A stretch of 64,000 bases of DNA, taken from Lophium mytilinum. Taxonomy: Eukaryota. The first letter of the stretch is position 1. Every line of letters begins with the position of its first letter. Position numbers and translations under genes: made by a program. The notes beneath the pieces are model-generated. The model searched no databases and had not been told where the DNA came from. It worked only from the letters and a program-made list of their open reading frames with translations. The stretch spans positions 1,627,566 to 1,691,565 of the forward strand of contig MU004195.1 in assembly GCA_010093605.1 (NCBI GenBank), written 5' to 3'. Positions 45,609-57,795 of this stretch are shown here, one piece after another.

Positions 45609-47879
45609 ATGACAAAGAGGAAGAAGGCCAAGACCAGCACGCCCAGGGCCACCCCAGCTAAGAAGCGCAAATACACCAAAAAAGCCAAAGCCGTCGGCCC
45701 CTCCCCACGCACCCGCCCCATCGTCGCCGACTTCTCCTCGCCCGAGCCCACCGCAGTCGCCGTGCGCTCCTCCGGCCGCGAGCGCAAGCCCTCCAAGTTC
45801 TTCGGCGAAGACGACACTCCCGAGCCCGCGCGCGCGCCTCTTGGCTCCATCGTGCCCAAGATCACAACTCAGGATATCATCGACGCGGTGAGAGACTACA
45901 GACCTATCCGCCCACCGACTCCCACACCGCCTCGGTCCCCGACGCCGCCGCCGCGACAGTTCATTAAGTTCAAGACGCAGCTTTGGTACCCGGCTGAGAT
46001 CCAGGAGGAGATCCAGCGGAGGGAGAAGCTGCAGAAGGCGGGCGAGGTGGCTGTGCGGGTGTATTTTGATCCTGTGATCCATGGGAAGCGGGTGGCGTTT
46101 GAGGAGGTTAAGTGGAAGGCGTTGAGGGGGCAGGCGGAGTACTTGCTGGCGTCACATACGACAGTTGAGGGCTGGGTGGCGTTCAAGAAGAATTGCGAAG
46201 ACGGGTACTTGGGAGACAAGCAGATGAGATGGGTGTCGCTCTTGGATGTGGATAGAGGTGACTTTGGGCTGTTTGCGGCGTGGGCGGAGGAGTGGACTGA
46301 GCGGAAGGAGGCTGCTGAGATTGCGAAGCTGGAGAAGAGAAAAGAGAGGAGCAAAAGGCGCATTAGACCTTCTGCTTCCAAAGCTCCTGCTCCCGGACGT
46401 TCGGTTCCTGCTGAAGACGTCGATGGAGATACCACTCAGGGTACTGACAAACTGCGGCACGCCTTCGGTCACGCAAGCCTCAACGATGGCTCCCAAAGCG
46501 CTTCGACCGCCGCTGCGGAGCGCGGTGCCAACGCAATTCAGCCACTGGAGATGGAGATTGAGGAGATGGAATGGCCGTCGGTGCACGTGCACCAACAGCG
46601 GCAGTACATTGACGAGCTTGTCCGCGCTTGGCTCTTCGCCAACACCTACTTTCTCTCTGAGTTTCAGAACTACATCATGCGCTCCCTGATATGGCACACC
46701 CGGAAGATGACAGGGACCAGTCTACAATCACACCCCGCAAACCTCGGAGTTGGTCTGCGGGGCTCTTGGTGTGAGAGCGGGATACCCCTATTCGACGGTC
46801 ACCTCTTGAAGAAGATCTGGCGAGCCACCGAGGAGCCAAATACCCTAAGTCGTCAGCATCATGAGTGGTCCGGTGGCAAGCTCAGGGACTTCGTGTATGC
46901 AGCGATGGTGGAGGCATATTATCCAGAGAGCGTGCCATCAAGCGTGTGGGGTGCAATCATAGACTGGGACGGTGCGCACCGAACGTGCGACCTTGGAGGC
47001 AGCCGGCGGGTATGGCAGGTTGGTGATGAGCAGGCTTGCGAGATTACCGCCTGGGATTCCGACACCTTTGCGGAAAAAGTGAGCCCAAACTTCCTGGTTG
47101 ACGTGGAGGATAGGAAGAACGAGATGCAGACGCTGATCTGCAAGGACGAGGGGAATCGGAACGTCGTCTGGGAGCGTGCTCAAGCCAAGAAGCCAAATTA
47201 CGACAAATACTTGGCGCTGAAGAAGCAGTTGGGACGTCACCGGATGCAGGGCAAGATGACGGGCCCTTCCACTCGCAATATTACCTCTGAAGAGAAGGAA
47301 GTACATGTAAAAGGAGCTGAGAACGCCCTACATAATACCGGTGTTGGCATTGATCCGGTGCGGAACAATCATCGTCGTGTGCGTTTCGACCTGCCCACCG
47401 ACCACAACGAGGATGAAGATAGGGCTCGACGTCCGTCCCAGAATACCTCGTCCCAGGAGACAGCATCAGACCTCGGCGATAGCGCAGTCCGACCATCCAC
47501 TCCCATTCCTGAACAACTCGATCTCTCCAACACTTATGACAATAGTGGAAACATCTTCGACATCCCCGATATCATCGTGACGGATGTCGACGACGACGGA
47601 GTCTCTCCGGAGACTGTGAAAAAAGAGGCTATCGATCTCACCGAGGTTCAAGATGATCATGATGATGAGGATGAGAACGAGAGCGAACACGAGACAACCC
47701 CGCACACCATTATCTTGGACGACCAGGACGAAGAGTTCCCTGACCCTGTGAACCTTGGGACTATCGACTTGACCGAGCTGTCAGATGGCCATAGCAGTGA
47801 TAGCAGCGACAGTGATGAAGAAGAGGGAGAAGGGGACGAGATGGAGGTTGACGGAATTACTACCGGGGCTGAGGCCTGA
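45609..47879 (+). CDS. Divergent BTB-like nuclear protein with acidic multi-SIM tail
   Basis: 756-aa ORF. Basic N-terminus; VSLLDVDRGDFGLFAAW and LVRAWLFANTYFLSEFQNYIMRSL resemble the neighbouring BTB paralogs; tail has IDLTE twice. Confidence 0.75.
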   Translation: MTKRKKAKTSTPRATPAKKRKYTKKAKAVGPSPRTRPIVADFSSPEPTAVAVRSSGRERKPSKFFGEDDTPEPARAPLGSIVPKITTQDIIDAVRDYRPIRPPTPTPPRSPTPPPRQFIKFKTQLWYPAEIQEEIQRREKLQKAGEVAVRVYFDPVIHGKRVAFEEVKWKALRGQAEYLLASHTTVEGWVAFKKNCEDGYLGDKQMRWVSLLDVDRGDFGLFAAWAEEWTERKEAAEIAKLEKRKERSKRRIRPSASKAPAPGRSVPAEDVDGDTTQGTDKLRHAFGHASLNDGSQSASTAAAERGANAIQPLEMEIEEMEWPSVHVHQQRQYIDELVRAWLFANTYFLSEFQNYIMRSLIWHTRKMTGTSLQSHPANLGVGLRGSWCESGIPLFDGHLLKKIWRATEEPNTLSRQHHEWSGGKLRDFVYAAMVEAYYPESVPSSVWGAIIDWDGAHRTCDLGGSRRVWQVGDEQACEITAWDSDTFAEKVSPNFLVDVEDRKNEMQTLICKDEGNRNVVWERAQAKKPNYDKYLALKKQLGRHRMQGKMTGPSTRNITSEEKEVHVKGAENALHNTGVGIDPVRNNHRRVRFDLPTDHNEDEDRARRPSQNTSSQETASDLGDSAVRPSTPIPEQLDLSNTYDNSGNIFDIPDIIVTDVDDDGVSPETVKKEAIDLTEVQDDHDDEDENESEHETTPHTIILDDQDEEFPDPVNLGTIDLTELSDGHSSDSSDSDEEEGEGDEMEVDGITTGAEA

Positions 47880-48288
47880 ATGGTGCATTCGGTAGGCGAT
47901 TGGGAGAGCTTGATGAGTCAGGCAGCTATGTTCGGAGTCTTTCTAAGGAGCTGGGGTGACTTGGAAATGGAGCAAACTTGGAACCTGGCTTTCGAGGAGT
48001 TCTACATCCCTTGGTATCTTGAATAATGAAAGACATTTCGAACTATGCATTGGAGTGCTGATAAAGAAATTCGACCCTAGATGACGCAATATATAACGGT
48101 GAGTTTCAAACTGATCAGTGGTTGTGGTTGAAGTGACCCGTGGTTGAAGATGAGTTCAAAGTGGCCAAGGACCCACAGCCGTGTCCAGGTCCCAAACTGA
48201 CGCAAGCCCACAGAAGCGCAGAACAAGTCTCCCCATCTCTCCTCATCCCGCCTTGCCCCCCTAACGATAGCTTCCAATCAACACTACA

Positions 48289-48793
48289 ATGTCGCTCATC
48301 GAACTTCCTATGGAATTGCACATCGAGGTCGCTAGCTACCTTGAAGATGCGTGTTTGAACCGCCTCATCCAGGCCCATCGCATACTCCACATGCACCTCC
48401 AGGAAGAGCTTTATAAGCACGCACTATCCCGGTATCCAAGAGACTTCCATTCCATCGAATGGCGGGACCACAAAGGGAGCCTTCCTCTGCGCTCAGCATT
48501 GGGACGCGCAATTGACTGGAAGCATCTGGATCTCGCGGAATGCTGGGAGAAAAGAGCACGGCCTGCGCCTTGAAGTTCCGCACGAATGCCCTGATGGGCT
48601 GGGTAGAGGACGTTCGTTGCTGGACGAAATGCGTAGGTGTGTTGAGGAAATGATTGAAGGCAAGGTACCGAAGGGATACATCTGGGAAGGCTCCCAGTTT
48701 CTTGCCCTTGAGGGACCGGGCGACAAGGAAGTGTTTTGGGCTACCCTGGAAGAAGACGACCGCTGTGTGTGCGAGGACTTTTGGAAAGTATGA
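48289..48793 (+). pseudogene. Short N-terminal F-box-like gene, probably frameshifted
   Basis: MSLIELPMELHIEVASYLEDACLNRLIQAHR is F-box-like. The ORF stops at 48573 while an overlapping frame stays open to 48793. Confidence 0.5.
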
Positions 48794-49267
48794 CTTGAGA
48801 GACGCATTTGAAACAACCTACTCCCCCGATACGGATTTGTCAAGATCAAGGCTAAACCTATATCCGTATACATCCCAATGTCAAAGCCAATCAATGAATC
48901 TTAGGTTGAGATGTTGAATATCACGTACCATCCCCTTTTTCTCGCAGACCTCACATTACGCGTAGTATTGAAAATGCGCTTCTCCGCTACCTATTCGGAG
49001 ACATGAAGATGAAGAAAAACTGAAAAATTGAAGAAAAGCTGACCTACCATTGGCGAAAGCACTGTTCGTGTCACTGTTATTCGATCACAGGAGATTGCCG
49101 CCCTTTTAAATACCAATGTCGATCACATAATCTCAGCATTGACCTGACAATTCTTTACCAACCGAATCTCCGTATATCAAGCTTGGAACCATGGGCATAC
49201 TCATACTAGAGCCTGAACTAGTCACCAAGTAAGCGTGTCGCTCGATGGCGTCCTTACCCCATCGTCC

Positions 49268-51912
49268 CTAAGCAATCAAAGCATCCAACTTCCCACTCTC
49301 CTCATTCTTCAATCCGCTCATAGTCGAAAACATCAAATCCCGCACCCCCTCACAGCCTCTCTCGCCCAACCACTTGACTACAAACAACCGATACAGCTTC
49401 CAATTCACCGCAATACCCCCATTCTTCTCCAGCATTAGGAGGCTCTGGTTTGTGACTGGGCCTTGGTGCCTCGCCTGCTCCTCCTCTCGGTAATATCCCT
49501 CCTCAAAGTCGCGCTTCGCTAGCAGTTTCCCCTCCAACTCCCTCCACGCGGCAGCCGACAGCGCGGAGGAGAGCATTGAATGGGTGAAGCCAAACGAAGA
49601 TTGGACTCCATACCCCTTTTCGATCCCCTTCAGGTACTCGTTGAGCGAGTAACGCACAGCGTCGTCAATGAAACACCCTTTCGCATTTGTATCCGTCGTC
49701 AGCAGCGCGCGGCTCCTCCAGAGGTTATTGCATGTATCCATCAAATATCCGTTATACGTATTCGTCATCTCGTACGAGTAGTACGCTGAAATCGGAGGTG
49801 TGTGATCGTCGAACTTTCTCTTGAGGTTGGAGAGGATAGTACAGAAGCGGGCGAGGGTGGTAAGGGAGGGTGCTGTGAGGAGGGAGTGGGTGAGATGTGG
49901 TGGAGGGATGAGGATAGGGATGGTGTTTTCGAGGGAGGATGTAGAGACGAGGGTATAGAAGGTTAGGATGGCGGATATGGCGGGAGAGGAAGGGACGGGC
50001 TTGGAAGTCAGGATGGAGAGAGAGAGGGTGGAGACGTGGGCGGTTAGTGCGGTGAAGTGAGGGAAAAGAGAGCGAGGCGGGGAAACTGGGCCCAGGACGG
50101 AAGCGGAGGCGGCCCAGGTGCGGAGGAGGCTGGTGTAGAGATGGAGAAGCTTGACATGTGCGTGAGGGTTATTTTCGATTAGGATCGTTTCCGCACGCTG
50201 AATATGCGATTTGTAGACATCTAGTCTGCTTTAGTGCTCGCTCGTCGACTCGAATGTGAACTACTTACCTTCGAAGGGTTGGAGAGGGAGGTGGCCGAGG
50301 ATATCGATGATAACGTCGTCGTCGCTGATGCCGTCCCATTCGGTTAGGTATGCCCTCAAGAACTCATTCGCAATCGGGAGAACGGTCTAATTATTAGCCA
50401 CAGTAGTCACAAACGCAGCAGGGAGCACTCACTTTCGTGTTCCGTATTTGGCTGAGCAGCCCACGAAGAATTTCTGCTCGTTGATGGGTACTGGTTCTGA
50501 GTTGAGCAGATTCGTATACGTCCCGCAAGCAAGCCTCAAGCCATAATTCTAGTCGCCTCGAAGCGATTTCTGAAGGTCGGAGAGTGATATATTTCTGCAG
50601 AAGTGGATCTCTAAGATACGAGATCATCTGGCCCGGTAGGTCGATCCGGTCGAGCTTTTCGACGAAGTCGTCGACATTGTCGATCTCCTCTAGCGTCACG
50701 GATGTCTAGGTGTAGTGTCAAGGGTGATCGGAAGAACATAGCACAGCTTTCTTACCTCTTTCGCATGATACGTATGGACTTCTGGGATGAGGGAGATCTT
50801 GCTCCGCTTCGAGCCATGGCGAAGGACTCTGAATCCGTTTTGCTGCTCTGTAGAACCGTCGAAACTCCTCTCACCAGCTTCCTGAATAGCCAGAATCCGA
50901 GTCTTCCATTCCGGAGTAGGGCTCTTCTAAATTTAGCACGCAGAAGAGGATATGATATAGGAGTTCATGCAGAATGACGCATGAGGAAGGTGTGAAGCAA
51001 GCGGAACTATACATGGACTAGAGGAAAGGGAACAGGTGTGTAGCTCTTACCGGAGGGAACGAGTTTCGGGTGGTCGCGGCGGTGCCGACGATAATATCTG
51101 GATAGTAGTCCTTGTATACGCGGAGAAGGCCCTGGAGGGCCGGTTCGTTCCCGATGCCGCGAGACAACTCGAGTCTGAGATTCTGTCAGTAACCGCTTCA
51201 GTCGTACACGGATGTTGTGCAACAGAGAGACAACGTACAGCTGTTGGATCCTGAATGGCCTTACGTGCTTTCGCCGAGTAATCAGAGACAACAGGTGGCA
51301 GAGTGATGTTCTGGAAGGTCAGCTGAGTTCGATACGGGGCTGTATGGGCTGCCTCTTACCTCAGACTGATCATATCAAGCATCCCAAAGAGGACGCCATA
51401 TAGTCTTGACAATACCTTGGCATCTTCCAACACCTCGTGAGTGTTGATCAGCCATTTCACGAGGAGCACTTGGCTGGCGGGCGTCGGCTTCGTCCGCGCC
51501 TGGCCGAATGATCCCACGACACGGATGACGACGTCGGCGGAAACTCGCTGGGCGGGATACAGATTCTTGATGAGAGTCGTTACACTCGTCTGGTCCAGAT
51601 CAGTCCGCCTCGTTACTACGTCGACGATATCGTCGAGGCTGACAGCATCGAGGCCGTCTTCAAACGCATGGTGGCATATCGCGTCCACGGCGCCATTCAC
51701 TTTGATTCTGCGCTGCTTTGCTGGCGTCCTCGATGCTGGTGTCGCTGATTAGTGGCAGACGGTGAAGGTCACGGCAGAAGACTAACCGTTTTCCAGTGCT
51801 TCAATGGCGTCGGGCAGGCTGAGAACGGGGACCACTACACGATACTGCGTCAGTGCGTATATCCTGGCCTGTCACACGAGTCGGGCTTACCGTCGCTGGC
51901 CACGGAAGGCAT
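49268..51912 (-). CDS. mis6: Kinetochore protein Mis6/CENP-I, multi-exon
   Basis: LDQTSVTTLIKNLYP, LYGVLFGMLDMISLR, LITRRKHVRPFRIQQL, TLEEIDNVDDFVEKLDRIDLP, NGYLMDTCNNLWRSRAL. ATG 51912 (MPSVASD) followed by short exons. Confidence 0.9.
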
Positions 51913-51990
51913 CGCGATTCTTCCTGTCCAGATGCTCCCTAGATGCAGTGAGACTCGGGTCAGCTTGTCGGGGTGGTGGTGCGTAGGGCG

Positions 51991-51996
51991 ACGCGT
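51991..51996. promoter_or_regulatory. MCB-like element (ACGCGT) upstream of mis6
   Basis: ACGCGT about 80 bp upstream of the ATG, with a second CGCG core nearby (GGCGCGTCG). Confidence 0.35.
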
Positions 51997-53943
51997 TGTC
52001 CAGCATGCGGCGCGTCGATATCAATCGCCCGCCAGGACACCTACCCCAATGCAGTTAGGCGAGCGCCAAGAGCAGTGAATCTCGCTGTAGCCCTGTGATT
52101 CGGGTGTAGGTTGTTGTATTGTATCTAGCTACTACAGGCGGCAGGTATACAGGCGACTGCTTATCTAAGCAGCCGGCCCACATCGCGGAGGTCTTCCCCA
52201 CAGTTGTCTCTCCTTGTCTCTCCATGTCTGTCCCCTCCCACGCTTTTTGTGCCCCCATTCACCGACGACGGTCCATCGTCTGCCCGCACTCTCCCACCCG
52301 TTGCCTCCATCCGCCGCAGACACACGGCTAGCACGATTTCGCACCATGTAGCAGCCCGCCGATGCATCTCCCTGGCTTCTCCCTGGCTTCCTGTCGTCGC
52401 GGCACGGAGCTGGCTCCTCGCGCGGCGCGGACGAAGTGCGGATGCCCAATGGCGGCACTCTATCGTGCAGCAGTCACTTGCATGTCGTCGCGGTCACTGG
52501 GCGCCGTCTGCAGCACGCTCGCCTGCAAGCTCTGATTCAGAGAAAGCGAGCATGTTCACGTTGCACAACCAGCCTACCCAAGTGCTGCCGTCGGTTGGCG
52601 CGGCCGCGCTCGAGCGTGCTGCCCGATGTGAGTGGCTGGCAGCCTCGTATGAGTTAACTTTTTTCCCTTTCCTCTGCAGCAGACCTCCTTGAGCCCTTCC
52701 ACGCGCCGCCGAACCACATGCACTGCTCTCAAATCGCACACCCCCGCGCACCTGGCCGCCATACGTAAGGCACATCGTCTGCACCGGTGTCATTCCCGGG
52801 TTTCTGGCCGCCATATCGCGTTTGACTGGCTGTTTGGCCGTTGCTCTGCATGGTATGAGTGCTAATCTATCTCTGCACCCCCCGAGAGCCCTGGTCCAGA
52901 CGTTGCGGGCCACGAGGATCGCCGCAATGTGTTCCCCCAGGCCATTCTGAGGAGCCCCGAGCATCGCTTCTCTCTCACTGTTTCAGCACCAGTTTCCGTA
53001 TCGCAACGGCATGAGCACATGAGCTGCTCCAGGATGACTCTGGTCCGGTGGGGCCCCGCCCGTGTCAGCTCCAACGGCCCGTTTGCTGGCAAGCTGGCCC
53101 AATCTAGCACCTTTGGAGACCACTGTTCTGCAGGCCTTCTCATACGAATCCTGCTGGTGTAACCCCTCCTCGCCCGACGACAATTAGGCCGGGCAAGTAA
53201 AGACCTCGGATACGCTGCCATTGCCGTTCTTCCGTGCCCTCACTGGCGGAAGCAGTAAGTCTTGCTTTTTCATCGACCAGTACAGCGTGGGAGTACGCAA
53301 GATCTCGTACAACTTCACATTCTCTCCTGCCGTACCACCACATAGCATCATCTCCAGTAATACTTTCTATATCTGAAGACCCGCCGACCTTAATTACTCT
53401 TCGGATCTGGGCACTCGTCGGAGGCTACCCTCCCATTCGCAGTGTTTCGAGGCTTCTTACGTCTCATCGGTGAACACGCGTATGGATCAAGTTGAGGCTC
53501 TGTGCAAACCCATGTTCATTCAGACTAGCATATTGCTTTGAGGCGCCTGATTTTAGCATTGTCCATACTTAGATCCGCTACTTCCAACACATTTCTACTT
53601 TGGGATTGGCTATCGCTCTAGCTCCCGTCGGCGTGACTGATTATTGCATGAGCCCTTGGATTCGTACAACCTCGACAGCTCGACTCGCTTTCCTCCTTTC
53701 GCCTGACGAGTACTTCAACATATGGATTCCGACATCTATTATTAAGACTATACGCTACCGAAAGATCCTAAACATCCGATACCAAAAATCACTTCTTGTC
53801 TATATATCTCATTTGTATCCACCACCAAGCTCTCGACGGCCACTTATCGGAAGCCACTTCCCAACCCGAACCTTTCAGAATCTCTTCATCACCCAAAGAT
53901 CTCAGCTCCTCTTCTCGTCGACGCCATCACCAACCTCAATAGC

Positions 53944-54561
53944 ATGGGCGAACGGAAGTACCAAAACCTGATCTCGCCAACCCGCTCTACCGCCCCTTCA
54001 ACAACCTCAAGCCTCTCAAACCTCCTCCAACAAACATCCCTCTCAGGAATTCAATCAGCCTCCGGCGTACGAAGCAACATGTCACCAACCGCCACCCTCC
54101 TCCACGGCAACACTACCCCCCTCCGCGCCCTCCACCCTTCCTCCTTCCTTGTCCTATTTACCCCCGTCGTCCCGCCCCCTTCGCCCTCGGCGTCGCCAAA
54201 CACCGACCCATTCGAGCCCCTCGGCCGCGCCCTAGCCCAGCACCACGCCCGCATCCGCCATGTGCCCTATGTACCTAGCGTCGGCATGACAGACACGCAC
54301 CTTGCCTTTCTGCGCCACGCGGGCGCCGTCGTGGTGGTGGTAGTGTGTGAGAAAGGGAGCGAGGGCAGGCAGTGGGAATTTGCGCGGAGTGTGATGACGC
54401 ATAAGGGGGCGTGTGAGGAGCTGGGGGATGTGCCGGTTTGTTTGGTCCTTGTAGGTGGAGAGGGACGGGGAGGGGATTTGGGGGGGTTTGGGAGTGTGAT
54501 TTGGAGTAGGGGTTATGGGGAGGGGGCGTTGAGGGAGGTTGCGGGAGTGATGGTTGGATAG
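53944..54561 (+). CDS. Hypothetical protein; C-terminal part resembles the accessory domain of fungal GH3 N-acetylglucosaminidases
   Basis: LVLFTPVVPP...DPFEPLGRALAQHHARIRHVPYVP...GMTDTH. Coding-like composition. Confidence 0.65.
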   Translation: MGERKYQNLISPTRSTAPSTTSSLSNLLQQTSLSGIQSASGVRSNMSPTATLLHGNTTPLRALHPSSFLVLFTPVVPPPSPSASPNTDPFEPLGRALAQHHARIRHVPYVPSVGMTDTHLAFLRHAGAVVVVVVCEKGSEGRQWEFARSVMTHKGACEELGDVPVCLVLVGGEGRGGDLGGFGSVIWSRGYGEGALREVAGVMVG

Positions 54562-55222
54562 GTGGATAGGGGGAGGGGATTCTGTGGTGAGGGCGTGGGG
54601 AATGTTTGTTTAGGTGGAATAGTGCTTTTGTGGGAGATTAGGGGTGGGTATGTATTCAAGTGTGGTCTGGTACAAAGCATTGGCGGGCATGGATTATATA
54701 CACAGGCTGGAGTCTATATTGTGCAGGGGACACCATCTCGATTCTTTTTCACGTAGCGTGCGGTTTCATTTCTTCTCTCAAGGCTGGTTCAATAATAAGT
54801 CGAAGTGGGATGGGCACATAGAATTGGTACATATAGCCGTTGGAATCGTAGTCTTGAAGGACTTTCGGTGAGTCAATCTATTGATGCGGCATCAATGTGT
54901 CATATATCCCCTAGGTATCACCGTGACGACTTTGATATCGAGTTAACCCTTTCCAAGACACAATCTTTGCCACTCTATCATGGTTCAGTATTACATTAGG
55001 TATTGATGCATCTTCATAACCCTCCAGCCTTACTCTTACAGTCTCGAGCTCAACGCCGTCCATACGCCAGTATCCCAATCATGCCCCAACACACTCTCCC
55101 ACATCACGCTCATGCCGCCATCTTTCTCGCACTCTAACCATGCATGGTCCCCATCACGCGTATCCCTTGCCTTCTCCCCTGCTCTCATATGCTGTCATAC
55201 ACCTAACACCTCTCCCTATCGG

Positions 55223-55748
55223 CTAAATCCTGGGCTCATCCAAAAACCCCCGGCCCCGTCCACTCAACGGGCTCGCAAAACCGGGCGTTTCTTTCGCGCC
55301 TGTCGCGCTGCTGTCGTCGCCGCCCCAGTAGTAGAAAGCGCGCCGCGCGAGCAGCGAGAGGTGTTCGGGTAGGTAGAGCGAGGCGGCGATGATGATCATG
55401 GAGAGGAAGAGGAAGAGGAAGGAGTCTAATAGACATTAGTAATGTTCGTTCCATTGTATCTAGACACCCGCCCGCCTGGTTCGGGTCTGGAAAGGGTCGA
55501 AGGGTAGGGGAGCTTTTGAAGAAGGGGGGTTTGAGGTATGAGGGATTCGCAGGCTTGAGAGGGGTTGGCGTACTGAAGATGAATTTCTCCGTCGGCGTGA
55601 GCATGTACAGCGAGAACGTGACCTCGTATTGGTAGCGCTTGCGCTGCAGCCAGCGGAGGAAAGAGGACGGGTACAGCATTGCGGTCAGGAGGAGGGTGGT
55701 GGCCGCGGCGAGGAGGATGAGGGTTGCGGTGGAGGTGGTGTCGAGCAT
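55223..55748 (-). CDS. Small subunit of serine palmitoyltransferase-like (DUF3317)
   Basis: RKRYQYEVTFSLYMLTPTEKFIF, intron, then NSFLFLFLSMIIIAASLYLPEH. TAG at 55223. Confidence 0.9.
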
Positions 55749-56048
55749 GGCCGCGGGCAATTGCGTATCGCGCGAGTTGCGGAGGCTATCGCTGGGTACA
55801 ATAGAGGGAGCTGGGAAGAGGGTTGCTTTGGTGGTTGGTCGTTAGGAAGGCTCGGGAGATTTTATGACGGGATGGGAGAGATGAGCGCGCGGAAAAGGGT
55901 CCATGCGCCGCGCGATGCCGAGAGGTCCGCCATTGAGTTTATAGGCGACGCGATATTTACGGAGCTAGCACAGCTGTAGCTACAGTCTTCAATCATGAAT
56001 ATAATAATATAGCCCTCGTTAGCAGGTCGTTGAACCTCATCAATCGCA

Positions 56049-56609
56049 ATGACATCCTCAAAGCTCCTACGCCCACTCCTCCGCCCTCAAACCCTCCGCC
56101 TTTCCAAATGCCTCCTCCGACCCTTTAGCACTACCCTCCCTCTGCCTTCCAAACCTCTCCCGCCCCGCCTCTTAATTCCCGAGAATGACATGATCGAGAA
56201 CTTCCTCAAAGGCAGCGGGCCGGGTGGGCAGAAGATCAACAAGACCTCCTCCGCCGTGCAGCTTAAGCACATCCCAACGGGCATAGTCATCAAATGTCAG
56301 GACACGCGGTCGAGAAGTCAGAATCGGAAGGTGGCGCGCAGGCTACTGGCAGAGCGGGTAGAGGAATTGGAGTTGGGGGAGGGAGCGCGGACGGCAGTCA
56401 AGGCGAGAGAGAAGAGTAAAAAGAAGGCAAGTGGGGACAAGAAGAGGAGGAGGAAGTACAGAGCGCTGGCCGAGGGAGAGAAGGATGATGGGGACGATCT
56501 TGAGGGCGAGGTAGTGGGTGTTGAAGGGAAGGAGAGTGTCGTAGAACAGAGCGATGGTGGGAAGAGTGCCGTCAGCAAGGCGCATGAGGAGATTCCAGAG
56601 AAGGATTGA
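56049..56609 (+). CDS. Mitochondrial peptide release factor-like protein (C12orf65/mtRF-R type)
   Basis: Presequence-like N-terminus, [27 protein letters not shown], basic C-terminal tail. Confidence 0.92.
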   Translation: MTSSKLLRPLLRPQTLRLSKCLLRPFSTTLPLPSKPLPPRLLIPENDMIENFLKGSGPGGQKINKTSSAVQLKHIPTGIVIKCQDTRSRSQNRKVARRLLAERVEELELGEGARTAVKAREKSKKKASGDKKRRRKYRALAEGEKDDGDDLEGEVVGVEGKESVVEQSDGGKSAVSKAHEEIPEKD

Positions 56610-57795
56610 AGTGTCTATGGGGCATTGGAGGTACACTACAATAAGGTACTGGAGATGGCCTCTGTCATACAATGGCAACCAACGCTGTCTAATCGACAAG
56701 AGGCGGGTTCGGGATCGATTGACGAAGGAATATCGAACGGCTCCACACGTAACATGCCGCAAGCACGACGGAGCAGGCTATCATATACGCTTGCGTATGA
56801 GGACCTGCATCTGTCTAAAAGTATAGATGTATTGATAGTTAAAGATGTTCATATGGAGGTGCACTGTTTCATAGCTATCGTGAGCGCACCTCGAGGCACC
56901 AGCTTAGTGGCATCGCCCCGTCTTAGCATGCTGTGGTAGAGTTATATAATTAAGATATTACATAGAACTCACAAGCAAGCTGGCATATCAGATGTAGATA
57001 AATCAGAGCACTCGAGATGGCCTCGTGGCCTCACCTACGAAGGCTTTCGACAACTCTGCAGGTGCAAATTGTGATGCGCATGACACACGATGGATTGTAG
57101 CTACTCTATGATGCTACGTACTCAGATCATAGACAATGACTTAGTACATGGATAGACGAGGAGATCTTCTGGGAAGGAAAGACCGTTTGGACAGCAGGAT
57201 CCCGCAGAGCCGATTACCAGCTTCTACACGCGTTGAGGCCCATCACCACCGGCCACGACACAGCCATGCAGACACCTGTCTTCACGACAAGACCACAGTG
57301 GTCTCAAAGATCACGATATCGAACGCTCTTCTTCAACATCCTGCGCAAGGCAGGTGTGTCAATGAAAAGATTGCGCCATTTGGCAAGCGGACCAGCAAAA
57401 ATTACGCCAGTGAAGCCCCCGAAGGAGATTCATGGAAAACCATCACCACGCTGTGCAATGCAGGATAGTCTACCAGATCAACCGGATTCATGAGCTCGGT
57501 GATCCCAACAAGGTCTGTGAAGATTGTTAGTTGAGTTGTGGTGGTGCAAACCAAGAAGTGGTGGAAGAGGGAACTTACAAGTATGAAATTTCGACGAAGG
57601 AGCCCGAGGGGGACGGCGGTTATATAGCAGATTTTGCAGCATCGGCGCTAGGTACGAATGGAGAGTGAGAGGTGGGGCGCACGTGCTGATAAGATTAGAC
57701 ATCTCGGCCGCCTCTCTCCCGTGCTTCTATTTATGCCTCGCATCACTCTCCAACCTTGAAACCTGTTTGTCTCCTGAAATGACCCTCCACCAGCC

